From contig JBDLIE010000065.1 of assembly GCA_039715015.1 (NCBI GenBank), forward strand, positions 1 through 14,010: 14,010 bases of DNA, read 5' to 3'. The stretch's first letter is position 1. Each line of letters starts with the position of its first letter. The DNA is from Thermodesulfobacteriota bacterium (GTDB lineage Bacteria > Desulfobacterota > Desulfobulbia > Desulfobulbales > SURF-16). A program made the position numbers and the translations under genes. The notes under the pieces are model-generated. The model was not told the origin of the DNA. It saw nothing but the letters and a program-made list of their open reading frames with translations, and made no database searches. Shown one piece after another: positions 5,451 to 14,010 of the stretch.

Positions 5451-8021
5451 ATGAACGAAAAGCATAAAGCTACTCTCATTGTCAGCCTCATCATTACCCT
5501 GTTTGCCATCTCACTGGTCTGGCAAGGAATACTTCAGCATGCGCAAATCCTTAACACCCAGATCAAGGCGGCAGAGACGGAACTGAAGTCTTCCATCACC
5601 ACCATGGAGACCTTTTCCTTTACACCTTATCGTAATCGCATCAAAAATCTTCTCCAGACCAGCCCGGAAATTGTTGAGGCTTTTGCTGCCCGGGACCGGC
5701 AATTACTTTATAAATTGTCCGTACCTAAATATAGGGCCTTAAAGCGTGAGAATAGATTTTTTACAATCATGCATTTCCATCTTCCCGATGGAAAAGCCTT
5801 CCTGCGTCTCCATAAACCGGAATTTTATGGCGACGACCTCACCCTGATCCGGCCCATGATCACCGCAGTCCACAAAAACCATAAGCCTAGCTCCGGCTTT
5901 GAAATTGGCCGCTATGGTCCTTTTTTTCGTGTTGTCGAACCGATCTTTTTTCAGGGCGTTTATGTTGGGGCTTTCGAATTCGGGATCCTGGCCAACCAAG
6001 TTCTGGAGTTGCTGGAAACGAAAAAAAATCTCACCGTCACTGCCTATTTTGACAAAGATTCTCTTAAGAAGTCTTTTCTCTTTGATAAGGCCAGCGTGCG
6101 TCTCATAGACAATTTTCAGGTGATCACTCAAAACAACGAGATCTTTTACCAGATTCCAACCAACATAAACTTTTCCTCGGCCTCTCAACACCTGGACATT
6201 ACCAACCATAATTACATTCTCCACACGCGCCCCATCTTTAAAAACTTTCAAAAAAAGGCGATCGGCGGCGTTCTCGTTTTACAGGATATTACTGAGACCG
6301 TGAGCAGCAAAAAGTCATATCTTTTAAAATCGATCATCTTCAGCACCTTGATGCTCATCTTGACCCTCTCTGTTGTATATTTTTATTTCGGCAAGGTGAT
6401 GGGGACGATACTCCGGCAGATTGCCGAACGGGTGAAAACAGAAAAGGCCCTGCGTGTTAGCGAATCCCGCTTCCGTATTCTGGTCCACGACCTGCCTAAT
6501 ATTGCTGTGCAAGGCTATGATAAGAATCGCAAGGTTGTCCTCTGGAATAAGGGTAGCGAACTTCTATACGGCTACAGCCAGGAGGAAGCACTGGGTCAAT
6601 CACTTGAGGACCTCATTATCCCTGAAGAAATGAGATCCAATGTTATCTCAAGCATTAATGGCTGGATCGATTTAGGTGTTCCCATCCCCGCTTCGGAACT
6701 CACCATGCGCCATAAAGACGGCAGTGCTGTTCCTGTTTTTTCCAGCCATACCCTGACCCATAAACTGAAAGACGAGCCTGAATTATACTGCGTGGACGTT
6801 GATCTGAAGGAGCTGAAAGATGCCCAGGCCAAGCAAACTTTGATGGAGCAGCAGCTCGGCCGGGCCCACAAAATGGAGGCCCTCGGTCTCATGGCTGGCG
6901 GCGTTGCCCACGACCTGAACAATATCCTTTCAGGCATCGTCAGCTATCCAGAACTCCTCCTCATGCAGCTTCCCCCCAAAAGCCCCATGCGCAAATCCCT
7001 TGAGACTATTAAAGAGTCTGGAACCAGAGCTGCTGCCGTGGTGACAGACCTCCTCACCGTAGCCCGCGGGGTTGCAAAAACTACAGAAATCGCCAACCTT
7101 AATAATTTCATCACGACCTATCTGAACTCTGCAGAATACTATGAACTCGGGCGGCGCCACCCACATATTGAGATTATTTCTCACTTGCAGACCGACCTGA
7201 AAAACATCCGCTGTTCCGGTGTTCATATCATGAAAGTCATTACCAATCTGATGAATAATGCTGCCGAGGCAATACGTGAAGAAGGGGTCATCACCATCAA
7301 CACCAGCATGGTAACAGTTGAAGATTTCTTCGCCCTGGAGCATGATATTGAACCAGGTGAATATTGCCTTTTGTTCATTTGTGACAATGGGCCGGGCATT
7401 GGCCAGGAAGACCTTGACCGAATTTTTGAACCCTTTTTCACCAAGAAAATCATGGGCCGCAGCGGCACAGGGCTCGGGCTTGCCGTGGTTTGGAACACTA
7501 TGAAGGACCATGGTGGCGTTGTTATTGCTGAAAGCTCCGAACAAGGATGCTGCTTCAACCTCTATTTCCCAGCTTGTGACGAAGGGTTGCCCCTCAGCGG
7601 CCACGAGGAAGATCTCGCCGACTATCAGGGAAATGGAGAAGCAATCCTTATCGTTGATGATGAGAAACAGCAGCGCGTTATTGCTGAAAGAGTTTTGAGT
7701 CTGATGGGTTATCAACCATGCACAGCCACCTCCGGCGAAGAAGCAATTGACTACCTGCAGAGTCACCAGGTGGATTTGGTGGTTCTGGACATGATTATGG
7801 ATCCAGGCATCAATGGCAAAGAAACCTATGCCCAGATTCTCAAACTGCACCCAAACCAGAAGGCGATTATTGCCAGCGGCTTTTCGCAAAGTGACGAGGT
7901 AAACGAAACCCTGGCCATGGGGGCCGGGCAATATATCAAAAAACCTTACACCATGGCCCAACTCGGCCATGCAGTAAAAAGGGAACTCTTAAAAGAACAA
8001 AAAACAACACCTCCATCTTAA
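5451..8021 (+). CDS. hybrid sensor histidine kinase/response regulator (TM, Cache-type periplasmic sensor, TM, PAS, HisKA, HATPase, REC)
   Basis: Two TMs flank a Cache-like region (FLRLHKPEFYGDDL...GFEIGR). PAS (WNKGSELLYGYS..EALG), H-box GVAHDLNNIL, N/G boxes (NLMNNA, DNGPGI, GTGLGL) and a receiver (ILIVDDE...LDMIM...KP). Confidence 0.95.
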   Translation: MNEKHKATLIVSLIITLFAISLVWQGILQHAQILNTQIKAAETELKSSITTMETFSFTPYRNRIKNLLQTSPEIVEAFAARDRQLLYKLSVPKYRALKRENRFFTIMHFHLPDGKAFLRLHKPEFYGDDLTLIRPMITAVHKNHKPSSGFEIGRYGPFFRVVEPIFFQGVYVGAFEFGILANQVLELLETKKNLTVTAYFDKDSLKKSFLFDKASVRLIDNFQVITQNNEIFYQIPTNINFSSASQHLDITNHNYILHTRPIFKNFQKKAIGGVLVLQDITETVSSKKSYLLKSIIFSTLMLILTLSVVYFYFGKVMGTILRQIAERVKTEKALRVSESRFRILVHDLPNIAVQGYDKNRKVVLWNKGSELLYGYSQEEALGQSLEDLIIPEEMRSNVISSINGWIDLGVPIPASELTMRHKDGSAVPVFSSHTLTHKLKDEPELYCVDVDLKELKDAQAKQTLMEQQLGRAHKMEALGLMAGGVAHDLNNILSGIVSYPELLLMQLPPKSPMRKSLETIKESGTRAAAVVTDLLTVARGVAKTTEIANLNNFITTYLNSAEYYELGRRHPHIEIISHLQTDLKNIRCSGVHIMKVITNLMNNAAEAIREEGVITINTSMVTVEDFFALEHDIEPGEYCLLFICDNGPGIGQEDLDRIFEPFFTKKIMGRSGTGLGLAVVWNTMKDHGGVVIAESSEQGCCFNLYFPACDEGLPLSGHEEDLADYQGNGEAILIVDDEKQQRVIAERVLSLMGYQPCTATSGEEAIDYLQSHQVDLVVLDMIMDPGINGKETYAQILKLHPNQKAIIASGFSQSDEVNETLAMGAGQYIKKPYTMAQLGHAVKRELLKEQKTTPPS

Positions 8022-8085
8022 GGCCTGGCAAGGGTGCTGAAAAAATGGGCGTCAGCAAGGCTGTGGACGAACAAAGGTGAAAAGC

Positions 8086-10878
8086 TCATGGACAGAGAAT
8101 GCTCTTAATTTTCTGGGCAAGCGCCGCCATTACCACCGGTTTCTGCAGATAATCTCGGATGCCAAGGGCAAGGGCAGATTCACGATTAATCAACTCACTA
8201 TAGCCGGTACAGAGAATTATCGGAAAATCGCGACGTATTTCCAGCACCTTTGCAGCAAGCTCCGCACCGGTCATAACAGGCATGGTCATATCCGTGACCA
8301 GCAAATCGTAGCTGCTACTCTCTTTTTTAATGGCATCCAGAGCCAGAGAAGGATCGGCAAAGGTCGTTACATCATAGCCGAAGGTCTCCAAAACTTGTTT
8401 GCCAACCGCAAGGATATCCTGCTCATCATCCACCAGCATGATACGGCCTGAGCATGTTTCTTCTGTGGTTTTTTCAAGCTCTTTTTTCGGCAACTCATCA
8501 ATGTGGCCATCCACCACTGGCAGATATACGGCAAACACCGTACCGCTTCCCAGTTCACTGCGAACATGCATCCCTCCCTGGTGGCCTTTGACAATGCCAT
8601 GGACAAGGGATAAACCAAGTCCGGTCCCCTCCCCCGCCCCCTTGGTGGTGAAATAGGGTTCATATATCTTACCGATAATTTCCGGCCCTATGCCATTACC
8701 GGTATCCTCGACCTCGAGCAACACATAATGACCTGGAGGCAGGTCAAGGCCTGCTATTTCATAGCCAGGTACAAGATCAGTCTCACCAAGGGAAACTGTC
8801 AACGTACCACCCTGGCTACGCATGGCGTGATAGGCATTGGTACAGAGATTCATAATGATCTGATGGATCTGGATCGGGTCGGCATCCACCAGCGTATTGG
8901 ATCTGATATTTTGCTGTATTTCAATAGTGGCCGGGAGTGATGAACGAAGGAGCTTCAAGGCTTCTTTAATGACAGTTGAAATATGCAAAGGGCGCTTTTC
9001 CTGCTCAGACTTCCTCCCAAAGGTGAGGATCTGCTCCACAAGGTCCTTTGCCCTTGCTGCGGCCTTTTCAACCTCCGTCAGATCTCTCTGCAACTTGTCA
9101 GGCGTATCCTGATGGAACTGGGCAAGTTCTGTAAAACCAAAGATAGAGGTCAGTATATTATTGAAATCATGGGCAATACCCCCAGCCAGGGTGCCGATGG
9201 CCTCCATCTTCTGGGCCTGGCGCAGCTCTCCTTCCAATTGGACCCTCTCCGACACATCACGAACAATGGCCTGAATGTAGATATCGTCACCAAAGTCAAT
9301 ACGGTTAAGGCTGACCTCGGCATCAAAATGAGAACCATCACGTCTCTTATGGATCCATGGAAAGAACTGACTTTCGCCAGCAAGAGCCGCAGCAATGCGA
9401 TTCTTTGCCTCAGCCTGGGATGATCTGCCGCCCGGTTGTTCTTCCGGAGAAAAATCTATCGGACTGTTCCCGAGAATCTGGGACATGGTGCAATCAAACA
9501 TCTCAAGCGCTCGACGATTGCAATCCCAGAAAACACCTTCTCTCAAAATTAAAACCGCATCAATGGCCGACTCGAATAAAATACGATAACGCTGCTCGTT
9601 TTCCCGCTTCTCTCTTTCTATCCGGTTGAGCTTAGTAACATCGAAGCCAACACTCAAAATCTCGAGCAGCAGCCCCTGTTTATCAACAATGGGCTTATTG
9701 CTCCACTGAATCCAAACTCGGCTGCCATCACGGCACATATTCTCATTTTCATTGAGCAGATAGTCAGCCGGGGTCGTCAGGATCCCTTGGATCATGGCCC
9801 TCATGTCCTTTCCTGACCGGTCATTTTCGGCAACAATGGTGCCCACCACGTTCTTGCCGACAATTTCATCGCGCCGGTAGCCAAAAAATTGCTGACCAAA
9901 CTCATTCATAAAGGTAACGACGCCGTTAACATCCCAGCGCAGAATAATTGAGTTTGAGTTCTCAACCAGCTGCCTGTAATCCTCTTGACTCTGTCTCAGC
10001 TCATTGGTTTTTTCTGACACCCTTGTTTTGAGGGTTCTACTCCAAAAAGCCAGGGCCAGGGCCACAAGTAAAACAATTATAAGGGAGATGAAAAGCCAAG
10101 CCGGCACAGGTTCCTCAAATTGCTCACCACCGAACCAGTGGTCAAGACGCCGGTAATAAAATGATTCCTTGTCCTTTTTCCAGGAATGGAGATAGCTATC
10201 CAGAGTGCTGAGAAGTTCGCCGTTGCCGGCAGAGGCTGTGGCAAAATAGGTGGAGACCGGACTGAAGATGATGCCAGTGCCCACCAGGCCGTGCCTGTCG
10301 GCAAAGACATAGCCAAAAACGTTGGGAGCAACCCCGGCCGCCACCTCGTCCCTTTCCACCGCCCCAAAGACCTCTTCCAGTGAGGAAAACTCATGGATCT
10401 CACAGGAGATCTCAAACTTTTTGATGGTTTCCACAAAGTTTTTGCCGTTGATATCACCCCTCATGATGGCGACCGGTTTATCCTGCAAGTCGAGAATATT
10501 CTGCAGGGAGATGCCTTCCCGGACAAAGACCTGGCCCCAGAGGGTGAGCACCGACTCGTTGGGATAATCGAGGAAGGCATCTCGCTCTTGGGAATAGGCC
10601 ACCGCTGTCATCAGGTCTATTTCCCCATTGCGCATGCGGTTAAAACCCTCATCCCAGGTGCCCTGCACATATTTAAGCCGCCAGCCCTCTTGGGCGGCAA
10701 TCTCCTCAATGACATCAACAAACAGGCCCCGGGGCTCGCCATCATCACTGACAAAAATGATGGGTTCAACCTGAAAGACACCCACCTTTACCAGGCGATG
10801 GCCATTGCCAACTGCCTGCTGTGGAACAGCAAGCACAACAGCAAACAATAACAGGAGGAAGATATTTCTCATGGTCAC
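8086..10878 (-). CDS. hybrid sensor histidine kinase/response regulator (periplasmic solute-binding domain, TM, 2xPAS, HisKA, HATPase, REC)
   Basis: Signal peptide and a family-3 solute-binding-like domain (GLFVDVIEEIA...YSQERDAFLDY). Two PAS domains, H-box GIAHDFNNIL, NLCTNA, DTGNGI, GTGLGL and a receiver (MLVDDE...TDMTMP...KP). The start may be the ATG at 10872. Confidence 0.95.
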   Translation of the reverse strand: MTMRNIFLLLLFAVVLAVPQQAVGNGHRLVKVGVFQVEPIIFVSDDGEPRGLFVDVIEEIAAQEGWRLKYVQGTWDEGFNRMRNGEIDLMTAVAYSQERDAFLDYPNESVLTLWGQVFVREGISLQNILDLQDKPVAIMRGDINGKNFVETIKKFEISCEIHEFSSLEEVFGAVERDEVAAGVAPNVFGYVFADRHGLVGTGIIFSPVSTYFATASAGNGELLSTLDSYLHSWKKDKESFYYRRLDHWFGGEQFEEPVPAWLFISLIIVLLVALALAFWSRTLKTRVSEKTNELRQSQEDYRQLVENSNSIILRWDVNGVVTFMNEFGQQFFGYRRDEIVGKNVVGTIVAENDRSGKDMRAMIQGILTTPADYLLNENENMCRDGSRVWIQWSNKPIVDKQGLLLEILSVGFDVTKLNRIEREKRENEQRYRILFESAIDAVLILREGVFWDCNRRALEMFDCTMSQILGNSPIDFSPEEQPGGRSSQAEAKNRIAAALAGESQFFPWIHKRRDGSHFDAEVSLNRIDFGDDIYIQAIVRDVSERVQLEGELRQAQKMEAIGTLAGGIAHDFNNILTSIFGFTELAQFHQDTPDKLQRDLTEVEKAAARAKDLVEQILTFGRKSEQEKRPLHISTVIKEALKLLRSSLPATIEIQQNIRSNTLVDADPIQIHQIIMNLCTNAYHAMRSQGGTLTVSLGETDLVPGYEIAGLDLPPGHYVLLEVEDTGNGIGPEIIGKIYEPYFTTKGAGEGTGLGLSLVHGIVKGHQGGMHVRSELGSGTVFAVYLPVVDGHIDELPKKELEKTTEETCSGRIMLVDDEQDILAVGKQVLETFGYDVTTFADPSLALDAIKKESSSYDLLVTDMTMPVMTGAELAAKVLEIRRDFPIILCTGYSELINRESALALGIRDYLQKPVVMAALAQKIKSILCP

Positions 10879-11043
10879 CCTTTATCCAGCACCAGAAACA
10901 CGCATAAAGATTACAATAATGCAAAGCTGACAACTGCCTATTTTACATTATCGTAATATTTGCCAGCAGTAATTTATTCATCCCAAGCCCGCACGCCCCT
11001 GCCAGCCCACCCCGGCATTAAAAGAGTATCATAAAGTGGCAGA

Positions 11044-11060
11044 CTGGCATAATTCTGGCT
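11044..11060 (+). promoter_or_regulatory. putative sigma54 (-24/-12) promoter
   Basis: CTGGCATAATTCTGGCT has GG (11046-47) and GC (11058-59) separated by the canonical 10 nt. It points toward the 11198 ORF. Confidence 0.55.
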
Positions 11061-11197
11061 TATATTTTTTCAAGATCATTTAACAGGCAAACTCCTGCTC
11101 ACACCATTCTGGCATCAGAACATCCGAGACCAGACACCAACAATACCTCCGAGCAGGGCTCACCTTCGACCATCAACACCCAACCTTTGGCTCTGCC

Positions 11198-12505
11198 ATG
11201 CCTTTACTTTCAGAAACCATGTTTTCGCTGCTTGACCAGAAGGGAGCCTTTGCCTCCCCAGCCAGGCCATTGGCCAACCGTCTATTCTCTGGCGCCAGCC
11301 GCAGCATAGTAAAGCTGCTTAAGAAAAATAATGAGCTCACCAAACATAGAATCTTACGCAACCAGGTCTTTGATCTTCTTGGCGTCTCTTCCTTTACTGA
11401 GGTAGAGGACCTTATCCATCATAGCGAGCGGCGCAGGGCGGTAAGCCGCCGGGCCTACGGCCTCATTGGCAACATGTTTGGCATCCACGGCACGGAACGG
11501 GAGATAATAGCCACCGTCAGCAGTTATTCGCGGACTGCTGACGGGGTCATCCGTTATCTTAAGAGTAAGGTATTAAACAGATACGCCTCCCATATAGAAA
11601 TGACAAACGAGGTGGATGCCATCTCCTGCCCTGTGGATCTGCTGCTCATCATCTTTGATGACCGCTATCACCAGAAGGCCCGCTTCGAGGCCAAACGCAA
11701 ACTGCTGCTGATGAATCTGGCCGGCTCCATCGACCAGAGGGAAAGGGAAACAGAGACTGAGGAGAAGTTTGCCAACTTCCTGCAGTTTCTTAACAAACAT
11801 GTCTGGCTTGCCGAAGCCAAGATCGGCGAATTGGAACTGGTTTACCTTTTAAGCGATCACCGGCCTGAAGATTTCTCCTGCCTCAGACATAAGCTACTCA
11901 GCAGGTCAGAGGGGGAAAAGATAGATCTGAAAAAGGGCCAGAAGCTGACACTTCTTAAAAGAAGACGCTTCAAGTGCCGGGACAAAGAACTGCCCATCTA
12001 TGTTTCTATCCGCAAAAAAGCGCCGGAGGCCAAGGTACTGAAACTGCTCCGAAAGGGTGAGGAGAATCCAGCCGTTGCTGTTGATGACGAACTGGGACTC
12101 ATGGCCGTGCTCGACAACCTGCCTGACGTCAAACTCTTCCAGGGCCATCTGACCAAGAGTGCCATTGCCGCCAACTCTTTCATGGTACTTGAAGACATCT
12201 CAGATTCGCTGACCTTGAGCCACGGCCACCGCAATAAGAACATCGGCAGCTCCCCAGGCACCCGGATGCTTAAATTTTTCGCCCGGACGGGAGGGATGCG
12301 GGTTGAGTTTATTGTCCACACCAACGAGAGCTATCTTGACTATGTATATAAGCGGGACGTGGCCCATGACGAGTACGAGGTAAAGCGCATTTTTGACTCT
12401 GGCACCGCAGAGCTGCTCTTCCCCCCCGATATCTACTTCCTCAATATGGAAAAGGCCCGCAATCACCAGATATCGTGGTTCAGGGCCCAGATAGAGAGCA
12501 GTTGA
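11198..12505 (+). CDS. hypothetical protein with a divergent RelA/SpoT-synthetase-like (nucleotidyltransferase) C-terminal domain
   Basis: A 435-aa ORF that fills the gap between flanking genes. Ordered motifs: RKKAPEAKVLKLLRK, DDELGLMAV, VEFIVHT and AHDEYEVKR. Confidence in the CDS is high; confidence in the fold is moderate. Confidence 0.75.
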   Translation: MPLLSETMFSLLDQKGAFASPARPLANRLFSGASRSIVKLLKKNNELTKHRILRNQVFDLLGVSSFTEVEDLIHHSERRRAVSRRAYGLIGNMFGIHGTEREIIATVSSYSRTADGVIRYLKSKVLNRYASHIEMTNEVDAISCPVDLLLIIFDDRYHQKARFEAKRKLLLMNLAGSIDQRERETETEEKFANFLQFLNKHVWLAEAKIGELELVYLLSDHRPEDFSCLRHKLLSRSEGEKIDLKKGQKLTLLKRRRFKCRDKELPIYVSIRKKAPEAKVLKLLRKGEENPAVAVDDELGLMAVLDNLPDVKLFQGHLTKSAIAANSFMVLEDISDSLTLSHGHRNKNIGSSPGTRMLKFFARTGGMRVEFIVHTNESYLDYVYKRDVAHDEYEVKRIFDSGTAELLFPPDIYFLNMEKARNHQISWFRAQIESS

Positions 12506-12521
12506 GGCAAACCAGGGAAAC

Positions 12522-13151
12522 TTAGAGCGCCCTGGCTATCATTAGGAAAACAGGATATTCGCGCCGCCTGCCATCATCCTGCTCTTTACTGATGCGGTGG
12601 GCGGTCACAAAACGGACATCGCCAAAACCACTGGAGGTGACAAGATCGGCAAGTTTCTTGTGGCCAAAGCCACAATGCTCAACACCTGTCATGTCATCAT
12701 GAAAGGAACCATCCTCTTCATCAAGATCGGCTAGGGCAAGAATCCCTCCAGGCTTAAGATGACTACGACATGCCGCAAGAAATGACGCCGTATCTTTAAT
12801 GTGGTGGAGGGTCATGGCGCTATAAATCAAGTCGAAATCGGAAGAAGCAAGCTTTCCCCCCGCAGAAAGATCAAAAGCAAGGGCCTCCACATTGCCAAGG
12901 CCGTGGGCTGTAATTTTTTCCTGAAGAATGGCCAGCATGCCCTGCGAGGTGTCAATGGCCACCACCTTCTTAAGCAAACCAGCAAGTTCACAGGTGACCA
13001 AACCGGTACCGCACCCGACCTCAAGGGCCTTGGCGTGCCGGGAGAGAGAAACTTCTCTTTTTATGGCCGCCGCAATAGCAGCAGCCACCTCACGGCGCTT
13101 TGGTTTGTCATCCCAGGTTGCAGCAGCATTATCAAATCTTTCTTGAGTCAT
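12522..13151 (-). CDS. class I SAM-dependent methyltransferase
   Basis: FDNAAATWD N-terminus, ALEVGCGTG, AIDTSQGML, FDLIYSAMTLHHI and LKPGGILALADL. Confidence 0.93.
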   Translation of the reverse strand: MTQERFDNAAATWDDKPKRREVAAAIAAAIKREVSLSRHAKALEVGCGTGLVTCELAGLLKKVVAIDTSQGMLAILQEKITAHGLGNVEALAFDLSAGGKLASSDFDLIYSAMTLHHIKDTASFLAACRSHLKPGGILALADLDEEDGSFHDDMTGVEHCGFGHKKLADLVTSSGFGDVRFVTAHRISKEQDDGRRREYPVFLMIARAL

Positions 13152-13156
13152 CAGCT

Positions 13157-13555
13157 TTACAGATCGCCTCCATGAAAACGGCCCTCTTCTTTCTTCAAGG
13201 CCAGAGCGTCCCGAATAACGGAAACCAGCTCTTCATCATTCCAAGGCTTTGTAAGAAATCGATAGATAGCGCCGTCGCTAATGGCCTGGAAGACCAGCTG
13301 GGTATCGGCGTGGCCAGTGAGAATAATGCGAATGGTTTCAGGGTAGATCCGACTTACGGCACTCAGCAGTTCCACGCCGGACATCCCCGGCATTCGCTCA
13401 TCGGATATAACAAGATCCACCGCTACTGTTGCCATGAGGGCCAAGGCATCTCTGCCAGTGTTGGCTGTCAAGATCTCGCACGGCTCATCACCAAGAACTC
13501 TTGTTATAGCATTAATAACATTAGGTTCATCATCAACAAGCAATATCCTTTGCAT
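13157..13555 (-). CDS. single-domain response regulator (receiver only)
   Basis: ILLVDDE, phosphoacceptor in VISDERMPGMSG, ILTG and FLTKPW, with no output domain. Its stop lies 5 bp before the methyltransferase start. Confidence 0.92.
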   Translation of the reverse strand: MQRILLVDDEPNVINAITRVLGDEPCEILTANTGRDALALMATVAVDLVISDERMPGMSGVELLSAVSRIYPETIRIILTGHADTQLVFQAISDGAIYRFLTKPWNDEELVSVIRDALALKKEEGRFHGGDL

Positions 13556-13699
13556 AATGGTGCTCCCCTGCCCTCAATGGAGTTCATTCTAAAAATTGAC
13601 CTCCCAATATTTTGACAGCCGCCATTGCTTTAAGCAAGGGTTGTATAGCCGCGACTTACCAAAAAACGCCGAACCAAAAACAGAACAGCAAAATATTGC

Positions 13700-13915
13700 T
13701 CAGACAGTAACAAAGACCCTGTTACGCTGGACCTTGAAAATCCCTACAATATCATCGACAAGCTCCTGGATACCGTGATACTCGGAGCTATCAAGCAAAT
13801 CGTTATGAAAGCTCTCCTCCCCCTTGTCGTCCTCTGCGACAATAAAGCCGCAACGGATGCTATCGTAAAATTCCTGCTGTTGGCTATCAAGATAAACCGT
13901 GATGTTTCTGACCAT
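13700..13915 (-). CDS. small acidic hypothetical protein (71 aa)
   Basis: Strong AAGGAGG RBS 5 nt before the ATG and a globular, acidic composition. Confidence 0.75.
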   Translation of the reverse strand: MVRNITVYLDSQQQEFYDSIRCGFIVAEDDKGEESFHNDLLDSSEYHGIQELVDDIVGIFKVQRNRVFVTV

Positions 13916-13968
13916 GATGTCCTCCTTGGAGAAAATTGAATATTTTCACCCAGAATAACCGAGGAGGT

Positions 13969-13985
13969 AGGACAAATATTGTCCT
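13969..13985. promoter_or_regulatory. palindrome, possible operator
   Basis: AGGACAA-ata-TTGTCCT is a perfect 7-bp inverted repeat about 55 bp upstream of the 71-aa gene. Confidence 0.3.
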
Positions 13986-14010
13986 GGCAATTTTTATTTT
14001 AGGCGGAGGT

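Noticed and set aside
6930..7970. 346-aa minus-strand ORF
   Set aside because: It is an antisense shadow of the hybrid kinase and has no recognisable motifs. The same applies to the other short ORFs nested in the kinases, trmFO, adk, the MIP gene and the 435-aa gene.
8031..8057. TGCTGA...TCAGCA hairpin between the convergent kinases as a terminator or IS end
   Set aside because: It has only a 6-bp stem with a long loop, no clear U-tract, and no transposase or target duplication.
13931..13947. Fur box
   Set aside because: It resembles GAAAAT/ATTTTC half-sites but the spacer is 5 nt, so a specific regulator cannot be assigned.

Overview
This window looks like chromosomal DNA from a deltaproteobacterium (Desulfobacterota-like; inferred from protein style only). 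From left to right it holds a small, partly decayed accessory block (3' end of a GT1-type glycosyltransferase, a small membrane protein, an HXXEE protein, a truncated SAM methyltransferase and an unannotated Cys-motif gene relic). Next is a minus-strand two-gene operon of a CMD/AhpD-like protein and a Cys-rich MIP channel. A ~500-bp divergent intergenic region contains an orphan terminator and a candidate anti-Shine-Dalgarno sRNA. Then come adk, a REP-like palindrome, trmFO and two convergent hybrid sensor kinases. A 435-aa hypothetical protein follows a sigma54-type promoter. The window ends with a minus-strand set of a small acidic protein, a stand-alone receiver and a SAM methyltransferase. 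The best novelty candidates are (1) the 435-aa protein, whose C-terminal half carries divergent RelA/SpoT-synthetase-like motifs, (2) the CMD+MIP thiol-rich operon and (3) the orphan sRNA-like unit upstream of adk. All assignments come from reading motifs by eye; no searches were run.
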